From: Nemertoderma westbladi
Lineage: Eukaryota; Animalia; Xenacoelomorpha
DNA: 61,717 nt
Direction: 5' to 3'
NCBI GenBank assembly: GCA_032718475.1
Contig: JAUCBJ010003332.1
Coordinates: 1-61,717 of the forward strand
A program made the translations under genes and the position numbers. Shown one piece after another: positions 10,201-24,059 of this stretch. The stretch's first letter is position 1; the number at the start of each line of letters is the position of its first letter. The notes beneath the pieces were generated by a model, which was not told the DNA's origin, searched no databases, and saw only the letters and a program-made list of their open reading frames with translations.

Positions 10201-13200
10201 CATACTTTATGAGCAGTCCACTATATCCCTCCTTCTCTCGTCACTTCTTCATGAGCCTAGGTCCCTCCTTCTCTCGTCATACTTTATGAGCAATCCACTT
10301 GGTCCCTCCTTCTATCGTCATACTTTATGAGCAGTCCACTAGGCCCCTCCTTCTCTCGTCATATTTTATGAGCAGTCCACTATGTCCCTCCTTCTCTCGT
10401 CACTACTTTATAAGCAGTCCACTAGGTCCCTCCTTCTCTCGTCATACTTTATGAGCATTCAACTAGGTCCCTCCTTCTCTCGTCACTACTTTTTGAGCAG
10501 TCCACTAGGTCCCCCCTTCTCTCGTCACTACTTTATGAGCAGTCCACTAGGTCCCTCCTTCTATCGTCATACTTTATGAGCAGTCCACTAGGTCCCTCCT
10601 TCTCTAGTCACTACTTTATGAACAGTCAACTAGGTCCCGGCTTCTATCGTCATACTTTATGAGCAGTCCACTAGGTCCCTGCTTCCTTCGTCACTACTTT
10701 ACGAGCAGTCCACTAGGTCCCTCCTTCTATCGTCATACTTTATGAGCAGTCCACTAGGTCCCTCCTTCTCTCGTCAATACTTTATGAGCAGTCCACTAGG
10801 TCCCTCCTTCTATCGTCAATACTTTATGAGCAGTCCACTAGGTCCCTCATTCTCTCGTCATACTTTATGAGCAGTCCACTAGGTCCCTCCTTCTCTCGTC
10901 ACACTTTATGAGCAGTCCACTAGGTCCCTCCTTCTATCGTCATACTTTATTAGCAGTCCACTAGGTCCCGCCTTCTCTTGTCATACTTTATGAGCAGTCA
11001 ACTAGGTCCCTCCTTCTATCGTCATACTTTATGAGCAGTCCACTAGGTCCCTCCTTCTCTCGTCATACTTTATGAGCAGTCCACTAGGTCACTCCTTCTC
11101 TCGTGAAACTTGATGAGCAGTCCCCTAGGTCCCTGCTTCTTTCGTCATAATTTATGAGCAGTCCCCTAGGTCCCTCCTTCTCTCGTCATACTTTATGAGC
11201 AGTCCACTAGGTCCCTGCTTCCCTCGTCATACTTTATGAGCAATCCACTTGGTCCCTCCTTCTATCGTCATACTTTATGAGCAGTCCACTAGGTCCCTCC
11301 TTCTATCGTCATACTTTATGAGCAGTCCACTAGGTCCCTCCTTCTCTTGTCATACTTTATGAGCAGTCAACTAGGTCCCTCCTTCTATCGTCATACTTTA
11401 TGAGCAGTCCACTAGGTCCCTCCTTCTCTCGTCATACTTTATGAGCAGTCCACTAGGTCCCTCCTTCTCTCGTGAAACTTGATGAGCAGTCCCCTAGGTC
11501 CCTGCTTCTTTCGTCATAATTTATGAGCAGTCCCCTAGGTCCCTCCTTCTCTCGTCATACTTTATGAGCAGTCCACTAGGTCCCTGCTTCCCTCGTCATA
11601 CTTTATGAGCAATCCACTTGGTCCCTCCCTCTATCGTCATACTTTATGAGCAGTCCACTAGGTCCCTCCTTCTATCGTCATACTTTATGAGCAGTCCACT
11701 AGGTCCCTCCTTCTATCGTCATACTTTATGAGCTGTCCACTAGGTCCCTCCTTCTATCGTCATACTTTATGAGCAGTCCACTAGGTCCCTCCTTCTCTTG
11801 TCATACTTTATGAGCAGTCAACTAGGTCCCTCCTTCTATCGTCATACTTTATGAGCAGTCCACTAGGTCCCTCCTTCTATCGTCATACTTTATGAGCAGT
11901 CCACTAGGTCCCTCCTTCTCTCGTCATACTTTATGAGCAGTCCACTAGATCCCTCCTTCTCTCGTCATACTTGATGAGCCGTCCACTAGGTCCCGGCTTC
12001 TATCGTCATACTTTACGAGCAGTCCACTAGGTCCCTCCTTCTCTCGTCATACTTTATGAGCATTCAACTAGGTCCCTCCTTCTATCGTCACTACTTCATG
12101 AGCAGTCCACTAGGTCCCTCCTTCTCTCGACATACTTTATGAGCAGTCCCCTAGGTCCCTGCTTCCTTTGTCATACTTTATGAGCAGTTCACTAGGTCCC
12201 TGCTTCCCTCGTCATACTTTATGAGCAGTCCACTAGGTCCCGGCTTCTATCGTCAATACTTCATGAGCAGTCCCCTAGGTCCCTCCTTCCATCGTCACTA
12301 CTTCATGAGCAGTCCACTAGGTCCCTCCTTCTCTCGTCATACTTTATGAGCAGTCCACTAGGTCCCTCCTTCTCTCGACATACTTTATAAGCAGTCCCCT
12401 AGTTCCCTGCTTCTTTCGTCATAATTTATGAGCAGTCCACTAGGTCCCTCCTTCTCTCGTCATACTTTATGAGCAGTCCACTAGGTCCCGGCTTCTATCG
12501 TCATACTTTATGAGCAGTCCACTAGGTCCCGGCTTCTATCGTCATACTTTATGAGCAGTCCACTAGGTCCCTCCTTCTCTCGACATACTTTATAAGCAGT
12601 CCCCTAGTTCCCTGCTTCTTTCGTCATAATTTATGAGCAGTCCACTAGGTCCCTCCTTCTCTCGTCATACTTTATGAGCAGTCCACTAGGTCCCGGCTTC
12701 TATCGTCATACTTTATGAGCAGTCCACTTGGTCCCGGCTTCTATCGTCATACTTTATGAGCAGTCCACTAGGTCCCTCCTTCTATCGTCATACTTTATGA
12801 GCAGTCCACTAGGTCCCTCCTTCTCTCGTCATACTTTATGAGCAGCCCACTAGGTCCCTCCTTCTCTCGTCATACTTTATGAGCAGTCCACTAGGTCCCG
12901 GCTTCTATCGTCATACTTTATGAGCAGTCCACTAGGTCCCTCCTTCTCTCGTCATACTTTATGAGCAGTCCACTAGGTCCATCCTTCTCTCGTCATACTT
13001 TATGAGCAGTCCACTAGGTCCCGGCTTCTATCGTCATACTTTATGAGCAGTCCACTAGGTCCCTCCTTCTATCGTCATACTTTATAAGCAGTCCCCTAGT
13101 TCCCTGCTTCTTTCGTCATAATTTATGAGCAGTCCACTAGGCCCCTCCTTCTATCTCGTCATACTTTATGAGAAATCCACTTGGTCCCTCCTTCTCTCGT

Positions 13201-13976
13201 CATACTTTATGAGCATTCAACTATGTCCCTCCTTCTCTCGTCACTACTTTATGAGCAGTCCACTAGGTCCCTCCTTCTCTCGTCACTACTTTATGAGCAG
13301 TCCACTAGGTCCCTCCTTCTCTCGTCATACTTGATGAGCAGTCCACTAGGTCCCTCCTTCTCTCGTCTTACTTTATGAGCAGTCCACTAGGTCCCTCCTT
13401 CTCTCGTCATACTTGATGAGCAGTCCACTATGTCCCTCCTTCTTTCGTCATACTTTATGAGCAGTCCACTATATCCCTCCTTCTCTCGTCACTTCTTCAT
13501 GAGCCTAGGTCCCTCCTTCTCTCGTCATACTTTATGAGCAATCCACTTGGTCCCTCCTTCTATCGTCATACTTTATGAGCAGTCCACTAGGCCCCTCCTT
13601 CTCTCGTCATATTTTTTGAGCAGTCCACTATGTCCCTCCTTCTCTCGTCACTACTTTATAAGCAGTCCACTAGGTCCCTCCTTCTCTCGTCATACTTTAT
13701 GAGCATTCAACTAGGTCCCTCCTTCTCTCGTCACTACTTTTTGAGCAGTCCACTAGGTCCCCCCTTCTCTCGTCACTTCTTTATGAGCAGTCCACTAGGT
13801 CCCTCCTTCTATCGTCATACTTTATGAGCAGTCCACTAGGTCCCTCCTTCTCTAGTCACTACTTTATGAACAGTCAACTAGGTCCCGGCTTCTATCGTCA
13901 TACTTTATGAGCAGTCCACTAGGTCCCTGCTTCTTTCGTCACTACTTTACGAGCAGTCCACTAGGTCCCTCCTTCT
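4280..13976. repeat. Tandem duplication of a 4,836-bp block (about 118 monomers) within the satellite
   Basis: Identical ORF-track entries recur at +4836 (5097/9933, 5546/10382, 8289/13125, 8345/13181, 8794/13630). Private variants recur at the same offset: GTCTTAC 4311/9147, GTGAAAC 6267/11103, TTACGAG 9111/13947. Confidence 0.92.
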
Positions 13977-16900
13977 ATCGTCATACTTTATGAGCAGTCC
14001 ACTAGGTCCCTCCTTCTCTCGTCAATACTTTATGAGCAGTCCACTAGGTCCCTCCTTCTATCGTCAATACTTTATGAGCAGTCCACTAGGTCCCTCATTC
14101 TCTCGTCATACTTTATGAGCAGTCCACTAGGTCCCTCCTTCTCTCGTCATACTTTATGAGCAGTCCACTAGGTCCCTCCTTCTATCGTCATACTTTATTA
14201 GCAGTCCACTAGGTCCCGCCTTCTCTTGTCATACTTTATGAGCAGTCAACTAGGTCCCTCCTTCTATCGTCATACTTTATGAGCAGTCCACTAGGTCCCT
14301 CCTTCTCTCGTCATACTTTATGAGCAGTCCACTAGGTCACTCCTTCTCTCGTGAAACTTGATGAGCAGTCCCCTAGGTCCCTGCTTCTTTCGTCATAATT
14401 TATGAGCAGTCCCCTAGGTCCCTCCTTCTCTCGTCATACTTTATGAGCAGTCCACTAGGTCCCTGCTTCCCTCGTCATACTTTATGAGCAATCCACTTGG
14501 TCCCTCCTTCTATCGTCATACTTTATGAGCAGTCCACTAGGTCCCTCCTTCTATCGTCATACTTTATGAGCAGTCCACTAGGTCCCTCCTTCTCTTGTCA
14601 TACTTTATGAGCAGTCAACTAGGTCCCTCCTTCTATCGTCATACTTTATGAGCAGTCCACTAGGTCCCTCCTTCTCTCGTCATACTTTATGAGCAGTCCA
14701 CTAGGTCCCTCCTTCTCTCGTGAAACTTGATGAGCAGTCCCCTAGGTCCCTGCATCTTTCGTCATAATTTATGAGCAGTCCACTAGATCCCTCCTTCTCT
14801 CGTCATACTTGATGAGCAGTCCACTAGGTCCCTCCTTCTCTCGTCATACTTTATGAGCATTCAACTAGGTCCCTCCTTCTATCGTCACTACTTCATGAGC
14901 AGTCCACTAGGTCCCTCCTTCTCTCGACATACTTTATGAGCAGTCCCCTAGGTCCCTGCTTCCTTTGTCATACTTTATGAGCAGTTCACTAGGTCCCTGC
15001 TTCCCTCGTCATACTTTATGAGCAGTCCACTAGGTCCCGGCTTCTATCGTCAATACTTCATGAGCAGTCCCCTAGGTCCCTCCTTCCATCGTCACTACTT
15101 CATGAGCAGTCCACTAGGTCCCTCCTTTTCTCGTCATACTTTATGAGCAGTCCACTAGGTCCCTCCTTCTCTCGACATACTTTATAAGCAGTCCCCTAGT
15201 TCCCTGCTTCTTTCGTCATAATTTATGAGCAGTCCACTAGGTCCCTCCTTCTCTCGTCATACTTTATGAGCAGTCCACTAGGTCCCTCCTTCTCTCGTCA
15301 TACTTTATGAGCAGTCCACTAGGTCCCGGCTTCTATCGTCATACTTTATGAGCAGTCCACTAGGTCCCGGCTTCTATCGTCATACATTATGAGCAGTCCA
15401 CTTGGTCCCTCCTTCTATCGTCATACTTTATGAGCAGTCCACTAGGTCCCTCCTTCTCTCGTCATTCTTTATGAGCAGTCCACTAGGTCCCTCCTTCTCT
15501 CGTCATACTTTATGAGCAGTCCACTAGGTCCCGGCTTCTATCGTCATACTTTATGAGCAGTCCACTAGGTCCCTCCTTCTATCGTCATACTTTATGAGCA
15601 GTCCCCTAGGTCCCTGCTTCTTTCGTCATAATTTATGAGCAGTCCACTAGGTCCCTGCTTCTTTCGTCATAATTTATGAGCAGTCCACTAGGTCCCTCCT
15701 TCTATCTCGTCATACTTTATGAGCAGTCCACTAGGTCCCTCCTTCTATCGTCATACTTTGTGAGCAGTCCACTAGGTCCCTCCTTCTCTCGTCATACTTT
15801 ATGAGCAGTCCACTAGGTCCCTCCTTCTGTCGTCATACTTTATGAGCAGTCCACTAGGTCCCTCCTTCTCTCGTCATACTTTATGAGCAGTCCCCTAGGT
15901 CCCTGCTTCTTTCGTCATAATTTATGAGCAGTCCCCCTAGGTCCCTCCTTCTCTCGTCATACTTTATGAGCAGTCCCCTAGGTCCCTGCTTCTTTCGTCA
16001 TAATTTATGAGCAGTCCCCTACGTCCCTCCTTCTCTCTTCATACTTTATGAGCAGTCCACTAGGTCCCTCCTTCTCTCGTCATACTTTATGAGCAGTCCA
16101 CTAGGTCCCTCCTTCTATCGTCATACTTTATGAGCAGTCCCCTAGGTCCCTGCTTCTTTCGTCATAATTTATGAGCAGTCCACTAGGTCCCTGCTTCTTT
16201 CGTCATACTTTATGAGCAGTCCACTAGGTCCCTCCTTCTATCGTCATACTTTATGAGCTGTCCACAAGGTCCCTCCTTCTATCGTCATACTTTATGAGCA
16301 GTCCACTAGTAGGTCCCTCCTTCTCTTGTCATACTTTATGAGCAGTCAACTAGGTCCCTCCTTCTATCGTCATACTTTATGAGCAGTCCACTAGGTCCCT
16401 CCTTCTATCGTCATACTTTATGAGCAGTCCACTAGGTCCCTCCTTCTCTCGTCATACTTTATGAGCAGTCCACTAGATCCCTCCTTCTCTCGTCATACTT
16501 GATGAGCCGTCCACTAGGTCCCGGCTTCTATCGTCATACTTTACGAGCAGTCCACTAGGTCCCTCCTTCTCTCGTCATACTTTATGAGCATTCAACTAGG
16601 TCCCTCCTTCTATCGTCACTACTTCATGAGCAGTCCACTAGGTCCCTCCTTCTCTCGTCATACTTTATGAGCAGTCCCCTAGGTCCCTGCTTCTTTCGTC
16701 ATAATTTATGAGCAGTCCCCTACGTCCCTCCTTCTCTCTTCATACTTTATGAGCAGTCCACTAGGTTCCTCCTTCTCTCGTCATACTTTATGAGCAGTCC
16801 ACTAGGTCCCTCCTTCTATCGTCATACTTTATAAGCAGTCCCCTAGTTCCCTGCTTCTTTCGTCATAATTTATGAGCAGTCCACCAGGTCCCTCCTTCTA

Positions 16901-19900
16901 TCTCGTCATACTTTATGAGCAGTCCACTAGGTCCCGGCTTCTATCGTCATACTTTATGAGCAGTCCACTAGGTCCCTCCTTCTATCGTCATACTTTATGA
17001 GCAGTCCACTAGGTCCCTCCTTCTCTCGTCATACTTTATGAGCAGTCCACTAGGTCCCTCCTTCTCTCGTCATACTTTATGAGCAGTCCACTAGGTCCCG
17101 GCTTCTATCGTCATACTTTATGAGCAGTCCACTAGGTCCCTCCTTCTCTCGTCATACTTTATGAGCAGTCCACTAGGTCCCTCCTTCTCTCGTCATTCTT
17201 TATGAGCAGTCCACTAGGTCCCTCCTTCTCTCTTCATACTTTATGAGCAGTCCACTAGGTCCCTCCTTCTATCGTCATACTTTATGAGCAGTCCCCTAGG
17301 TCCCTGCTTCTTTCGTCATAATTTATGAGCAGTCCCCTACGTCCCTCCTTCTCTCTTCATACTTTATGAGCAGTCCACTAGGTCCCTCCTTCTATCGTCA
17401 TACTTTATGAGCAGTCCCCTAGGTCCCTGCTTCTTTCGTCATAATTTATGAGCAGTCCACTAGGTCCCTGCTTCTTTCGTCATACTTTATGAGCAGTCCA
17501 CTAGGTCCCTCCTTCTATCGTTATACTTTATGAGCAGTCCACTAGGTCCCTCCTTCTATCGTCACTACTTCATGAGCAGTCCACTAGGTCCCTCCTTCTC
17601 TCGTCATACTTTATGAGCAGTCCCCCTAGGTCCCTGCTTCCCTCGACATACTTTATGAGCAGTCCACTAGGTCCCTCCTTCTATTGTCATACTTTATGAG
17701 CAGTCCACTAGGTCCCGGCTTCTATCGTCATACTTTACGAGCATTCAACTAGGTCCCTCCTTCTATCGTCATACTTTATGAGCAGTCCCCTAGGTCCCTG
17801 CTTCTTTCGTCATAATTTATGAGCAGTCCCCTAGGTCCCTCCTTCTCTCGTCATACTTTATAAGCAATCTACTAGGTCCCTCCTTCTATCGTCATATTTT
17901 ACGAGTATTCAACTAGGTCCCTCCTTCTATCGTCATACTTTATGAGCAGTCCCCTAGGTCCCTGCTTCTTTCGTCATAATTTATGAGCAGTCCCCTAAGT
18001 CCCTCCTTCTATCGTCATACTTTATGAGCAGTCAACTAGGTCCCTCCTTCTATCGTCATACTTTATGAGCAGTCCACTAGGTCCCTCCTTCTATCGTCAT
18101 ACTTTATGAGCAGTCCACTAGGTCCCTGCTTCCCTCGTCATACTTTATGAGCAGTCAACTAGGTCCCTCCTTCTATCGTCATACTTTATGAGCAGTCCAC
18201 TAGGTCCCTGCTTCCCTCGTCATACTTTATGAGCAGTCAACTAGGTCCCGGCTTCTATCGTCATAATTTACGAGCATTCAACTAGGTCCCTCCTTCTCTC
18301 GTCATACTTTATGAGCATTCAACTAGGTCCTTCCTTCTCTTGTCATACTTTGTGAGCAGTCCACTAGGTCCCTCCTTCTATCGTCATACTTTATGAGCAG
18401 TCCACTAGGTTCCTGCTTCCCTCGTCATACTTTATGAGCAGTCCACTAGGTTCCTGCTTCCCTCGTCATACTTTACGAGCATTCAACTAGGTCCCTCCTT
18501 CTCTCGTCATACTTTATGAGCATTCAACTAGGTCCCTCCTTCTATCGTCATACTTTGTGAGCAGTCCACTAGGTCCCTCCTTCTATCGTCATACTTTATG
18601 AGCAGTCCACTAGGTTCCTGCTTCCCTCGTCATACTTTATGAGCAGTCAACAAGGTCCCGGCTTCTATCGTCATACTTTACGAGCATTCAACTAGGTCCC
18701 TCCTTCTATCGTCATACTTCATGAGCAGTCCACTAGGTCCCGGCTTCTATCGTCATACTTTACGAGCATTCAACTAGGTCCCTCTTTCTCTCGTAACTAC
18801 TTTATGAGCAGTCCCCTAGGTCCCTGCTTCCCTCGTCATACTTTATGAGCAGTCAACTAGGTCCCTCCTTCTATCGTCATACTTTATGAGCAGTGCACTA
18901 GGTCCCTCCTTCTATCGTCATACTTTATGAGCAGTCCCCTAGGTCCCTGCTTCTTTCGTCATAATTTATGAGCAGTCCCCTAAGTCCCTCCTTCTATCGT
19001 CATACTTTATGAGCAGTCCACTAGGTCCCTGCTTCCCTCGTCATACTTTATGAGCAGTCAACTAGGTCCCGGCTTCTATCGTCATACTTTACGAGCATTC
19101 AACTAGGTCCCTCCTTCTATCGTCATACTTTATGAGCAGTCCACTAGGTTCCTGCTTCCCTCGTCATACTTTATGAGCAGTCAACTAGGTCCCGGCTTCT
19201 ATCGTCATACTTTACGAGCATTCAACTAGGTCCCTCCTTCTATTGTCATACTTCATGAGCAGTCCACTAGGTCCCTCCTTCTCTCGTCATACTTTATAAG
19301 CAATCCACTAGGTCCCGGCTTCTATCGTCATACTTTACGAGCATTCAACTAGGTCCCTCTTTCTCTCGTAACTACTTTATGAGCAGTCCACTAGGTCCCA
19401 CCTTCTATCATCATACTTTATGAGCAGTCAACTAGGTCCTTCCTTCTTTCGTCACTACTTCATGAGCAGTCCACTAGGTCCCTCCTTCTCTCGTCATAAT
19501 TTATGAGCAGTCCACTAGGTCCCTCCTTCTATCGTCATACTTTATGAGCAGTCCACTAGGTCCCTCCTTCTATCGTCATACTTTATGAGCAGTCCCCTAG
19601 GTCCCTGCTTCTCTCGTCATACTTTATGAGCAGTCCCCTAGGTCCCTCCTTCTATCGTCATACTTTGTGAGCAGTCCACTAGGTCCCTCCTTCTATCGTC
19701 ATACTTTATGAGCAGTCCACTAGGTCCCTCCTTCTATCGTCATACTTTATGAGCAGTCCACTAGGTCCCTCATTCTCTCGTCATACTTTATGAGCAGTCC
19801 ACTAGGTCCCTCCTTCTCTCATCATACTTTATGAGCAGTCCCCTAGGTCCCTGCTTCTTTCGTCATAATTTATGAGCAGTCCCGTAGGTCCCTCCTTCTC

Positions 19901-22900
19901 TCGTCATACTTCATGAGCAGTCCACTAGGTCCCTCCTTCTCTCGTCATACTTTATGAGCAGTCCCCTAGGTCTCTCCTTCTCTCGTCATACTTTATGAGC
20001 AGTCCACTAGGTCCCTCCTTCTATCGTCATACTTTATGAGCAGTCCCCTAGGTCCCTGCTTCTTTCGTCATAATTTATGAGCAGGCCCCCTAGGTCCCTC
20101 CTTCTCTCGTCATACTTGATGAGCAGTCCCCTAGGTCCCTCCTTCTCTCGTCATACTTTATGAGCAGTCCCCTAGGTCCCTGCTTGTTTCGTCATAATTT
20201 ATGAGCAGTCCACTAGGTCCCTCCTTCTATCGTCATACTTTATGAGCAGTCCACCAGGTCCCTCCTTCTATCGTCATTCTTTTTGAGCAGTCCACTAGGT
20301 CCCTCCTTCTGTCGTCATACTTTATGAGCAGTCCACTAGGTCCCTCCTTCTCTCGTCATACTTTATGAGCAGTCCCCTAGGTCCCTGCTTCTTTCGTCAT
20401 AATTTATGAGCAGTCCCCCTAGGTCCCTCCTTCTCTCGTCATACTTTATGAGCAGTCCCCTACGTCCCTCCTTCTCTCTTCATACTTTATGAGCAGTCCA
20501 CTAGGTCCCTCCTTCTCTCGTCATACTTTATGAGCAGTCCCCTAGGTCCCTGCTTCTTTCGTCATAATTTATGAGCAGTCCCCCTAGGTCCCTGCTTCTT
20601 TCGTCATAATTTATGAGCAGTCCCCCTAGGTCCCTGCTTCCCTCGTCATACTTTATAAGCAATCTACTAGGTCCCTCCTTCTATCGTTATACTTTATGAG
20701 CAGTCCACTAGGTCCCTCCTTCTATCGTCATACTTTACGAGCATTCAACTAGGTCCCTCCTTCTATCGTCATACTTTATGAGCAGTCCACTAGGTCCCTG
20801 CTTCCCTCGTCATACTTTATGAGCAGTCAACTAGGTCCCGGCTTCTATCGTCATACTTTACGAGCATTCAACTAGGTCCCTCCTTCTATCGTCATACTTT
20901 ATGAGCAGTCCACTAGGTCCCTGCTTCCCTCGCCATACTTTATAAGCAGTTCACTATGTCCCTCCTTCTATCGTCAAGCAGTCAACTAGGTCCCGGCTTC
21001 TATCGTCATACTTTACGAGCATTCAACTAGGTCCCTCTTTCTCTCGTAACTACTTTATGAGCAGTCCCCTAGGTCCCTGCTTCCCTCGTCATACTTTATA
21101 AGCAATCTACTAAGTCCCGGCTTCTATCGTGATATTTTATGAGCAGTCCACTAGGTCCCTCCTTCTATCGTCATGCTTTATGAGCAGTCCACTAGGTCCC
21201 TCCTTCTATCGTCATACTTCATGAGCAGTCCACTAGGTCCCGTCTTCTATCGTCATACTTTATAAGCAGTCCACTATGTCCCTCCTTCTATCGTCATACT
21301 TCATGAGCAGTCCACTAGGTCCCTCCTTCTATCATCATACTTTATGAGCATTTAACTAGGTCCCTCCTTCTTTCGTCACAACTTCATGAGCAGTCCACTA
21401 GGTCCCTCCTTCTCTCGTCATACTTTATGAGCAGTCCCCTAGGTCCCTGCTTCTTTCGTCATAATTTATGAGCAGTCCCCCTAGGTCCCTCCTTCTATCG
21501 TCATACTTTATGAGCAGTCCCCTAGGTCCCTGCTTCTCTCGTCATACTTTATGAGCAGTCCCCCTAGGTCCCTGCTTCTTTCGTCATACTTTATGAGCAG
21601 TCCCCTAGGTCCTTGCTTCTTTCGTCATAATTTATGAGCAGTCCCCCTAGGTCCCTCCTTCTATCGTCATACTTTATGAGCAGTCCCCCTAGGTCCCTCC
21701 TTCTATCGTCATACTTTATGAGCAGTCCACTAGGTCCCTGCTTCTCTCGTCATACTTTATGAGCAGTCCCCTAGGTCCCTCCTTCTCTCGTCATACTTCA
21801 TGAGCAGTCCACTAGGTCCCTCCTTCTCTCGTCATACTTTATGAGCAGTCCCCTAGGTCCCTCCTTCTCTCGTCATACTTTATGAGCAGTCCACTAGGTC
21901 CCTCCTTCTATCGTCATACTTTATGAGCAGTCCCCTAGGTCCCTGCTTCTTTCGTCATAATTTATGAGCAAGCCCCCTATGTTCCTCCTTCTATCGTCAT
22001 ACTTCATGAGCAGTCCACTAGGTCCCTCCTTCTATCATCATACTTTATGAGCATTCAACTAGGTCCCTCCTTCTTTCGTCACTACTTCATGAGCAGTCCA
22101 CTAGGTCCCTCCTTCTCTCGTCATACTTTATGAGCAGTCCCCTAGGTCCCTGCTTCTTTCGTCATAATTTATGAGCAGTCCACTAGGTCCCGGCTTCTAT
22201 CGTCATACTTTATGAGCAGTCCCCCTAGGTCCCTCCTTCTATCGTCATACTTTATGAGCAGTCCCCCTAGGTCCCTCCTTCTATCGTCATACTTTATGAG
22301 CAGTCCCCCTAGGTCCCTCCTTCTATCGTCATACTTTATGAGCAGTCCCCCTAGGTCCCTCCTTCTATCGTCATACTTTATGAGCAGTTCCCTAGGTCCC
22401 TGCTTCTTTCGTCATACTTTATGAGCAGTCCCCTAGGTCCCTGCTTCTTTCGTCATAATTTATGAGCAGTCCCCCTAGGTCCCTCCTTCTATCGTCATAC
22501 TTTATGAGCAGTCCCCCTAGGTCCCTCCTTCTATCGTCATACTTTATGAGCAGTCCACTAGGTCCCTGCTTCTCTCGTCATACTTTATGAGCAGTCCCCT
22601 AGGTCCCTCCTTCTCTCGTCATACTTCATGAGCAGCCCACTAGGTCCCTCCTTCTCTCGTCATACTTTATGAGCAGTCCCCTAGGTCCCTCCTTCTATCG
22701 TCATACTTTATGAGCAGTCCCCTAGGTCCCTCCTACTTTCGTCACTACTTCATGAGCAGTCCACTAGGTCCCTCCTTCTCTCGTCATACTTTATGAGCAG
22801 TCCCCTAGGTCCCTGCTTCTTTCGTCATAATTTATGAGCAGTCCACTAGGTCCCTGCTTCTTTCGTCATACTTTATGAGCAGTCCCCTAGGTCCCTGCTT

Positions 22901-24059
22901 CTTTCGTCATAATTTATGAGCAGTCCCCCTAGGTCCCTCCTTCTATCGTCATACTTTATGAGCAGTCCCCCTAGGTCCCTCCTTCTATCGTCATACTTTA
23001 TGAGCAGTCCACTAGGTCCCTGCTTCTCTCGTCATACTTTATGAGCAGTCCCCTAGGTCCCTCCTTCTCACGTCATACTTCATGAGCAGCCCACTAGGTC
23101 CCTCCTTCACTCGTCATACTTTATGAGCAGTCCCCTAGGTCCCTCCTTCTATCGTCATACTTTATGAGCAGTCCACTAGGTCCCTGCTTCTTTCGTCATA
23201 CTTTATGAGCAGTCCCCTAGGTCCCTGCTTCTTTCGTCATAATTTATGAGCAGTCCCCCTAGGTCCCTCCTTCTATCGTCATACTTTATGAGCAGTCCCC
23301 CTAGGTCCCTCCTTCTATCGTCATACTTTATGAGCAGTCCACTAGGTCCCTGCTTCTCTCGTCATACTTTATGAGCAGTCCCCTAGGTCCCTCCTTCTCT
23401 CGTCATACTTCATGAGCAGCCCACTAGGTCCCTCCTTCACTCGTCATACTTTATGAGCAGTCCCCTAGGTCCCTCCTTCTATCGTCATACTTTATGAGCA
23501 GTCCCCTAGGTCCCTGCTTCTTTCGTCATAATTTATGAGCAGGCCCCCTAGGTCCCTCCTTCTCTCGTCATTCTTTATGAGCAGTCCCCTAGGTCCCTCC
23601 TTCTCTCGTCATACTTTATGAGCAGTCCCCTAGGTCCCTGCTTGTTTCGTCATAATTTATGAGCAGTCCACTAGGTCCCTCCTTCTATCGTCATACTTTA
23701 TGAGCAGTCCACTAGGTCCCTCCTTCTATCGTCATACTTTTTGAGCAGTCCACTAGGTCCCTCCTTCTGTCGTCATACTTTATGAGCAGTCCACTAGGTC
23801 CCTGCTTCCCTCGTCATACTTTATGAGCAGTCCACTAGGTCCCTCCTTCTCTCGTCATACTTTATGAGCAGTCCCCTAGGTCCCTGCTTCTTTCGTCATA
23901 ATTTATGAGCAGTCCACTAGGTCCCTGCTTCTATCGTCATACTTTATGAGCAGTCCACCAGGTCCCTCCTTCTATCGTCATACTTTTTGAGCAGTCCACG
24001 AGGTCCTTCCTTCTCTCGTCATACTTTACGAGCATTCAACTAGGTCCCTCCTTCTATCG

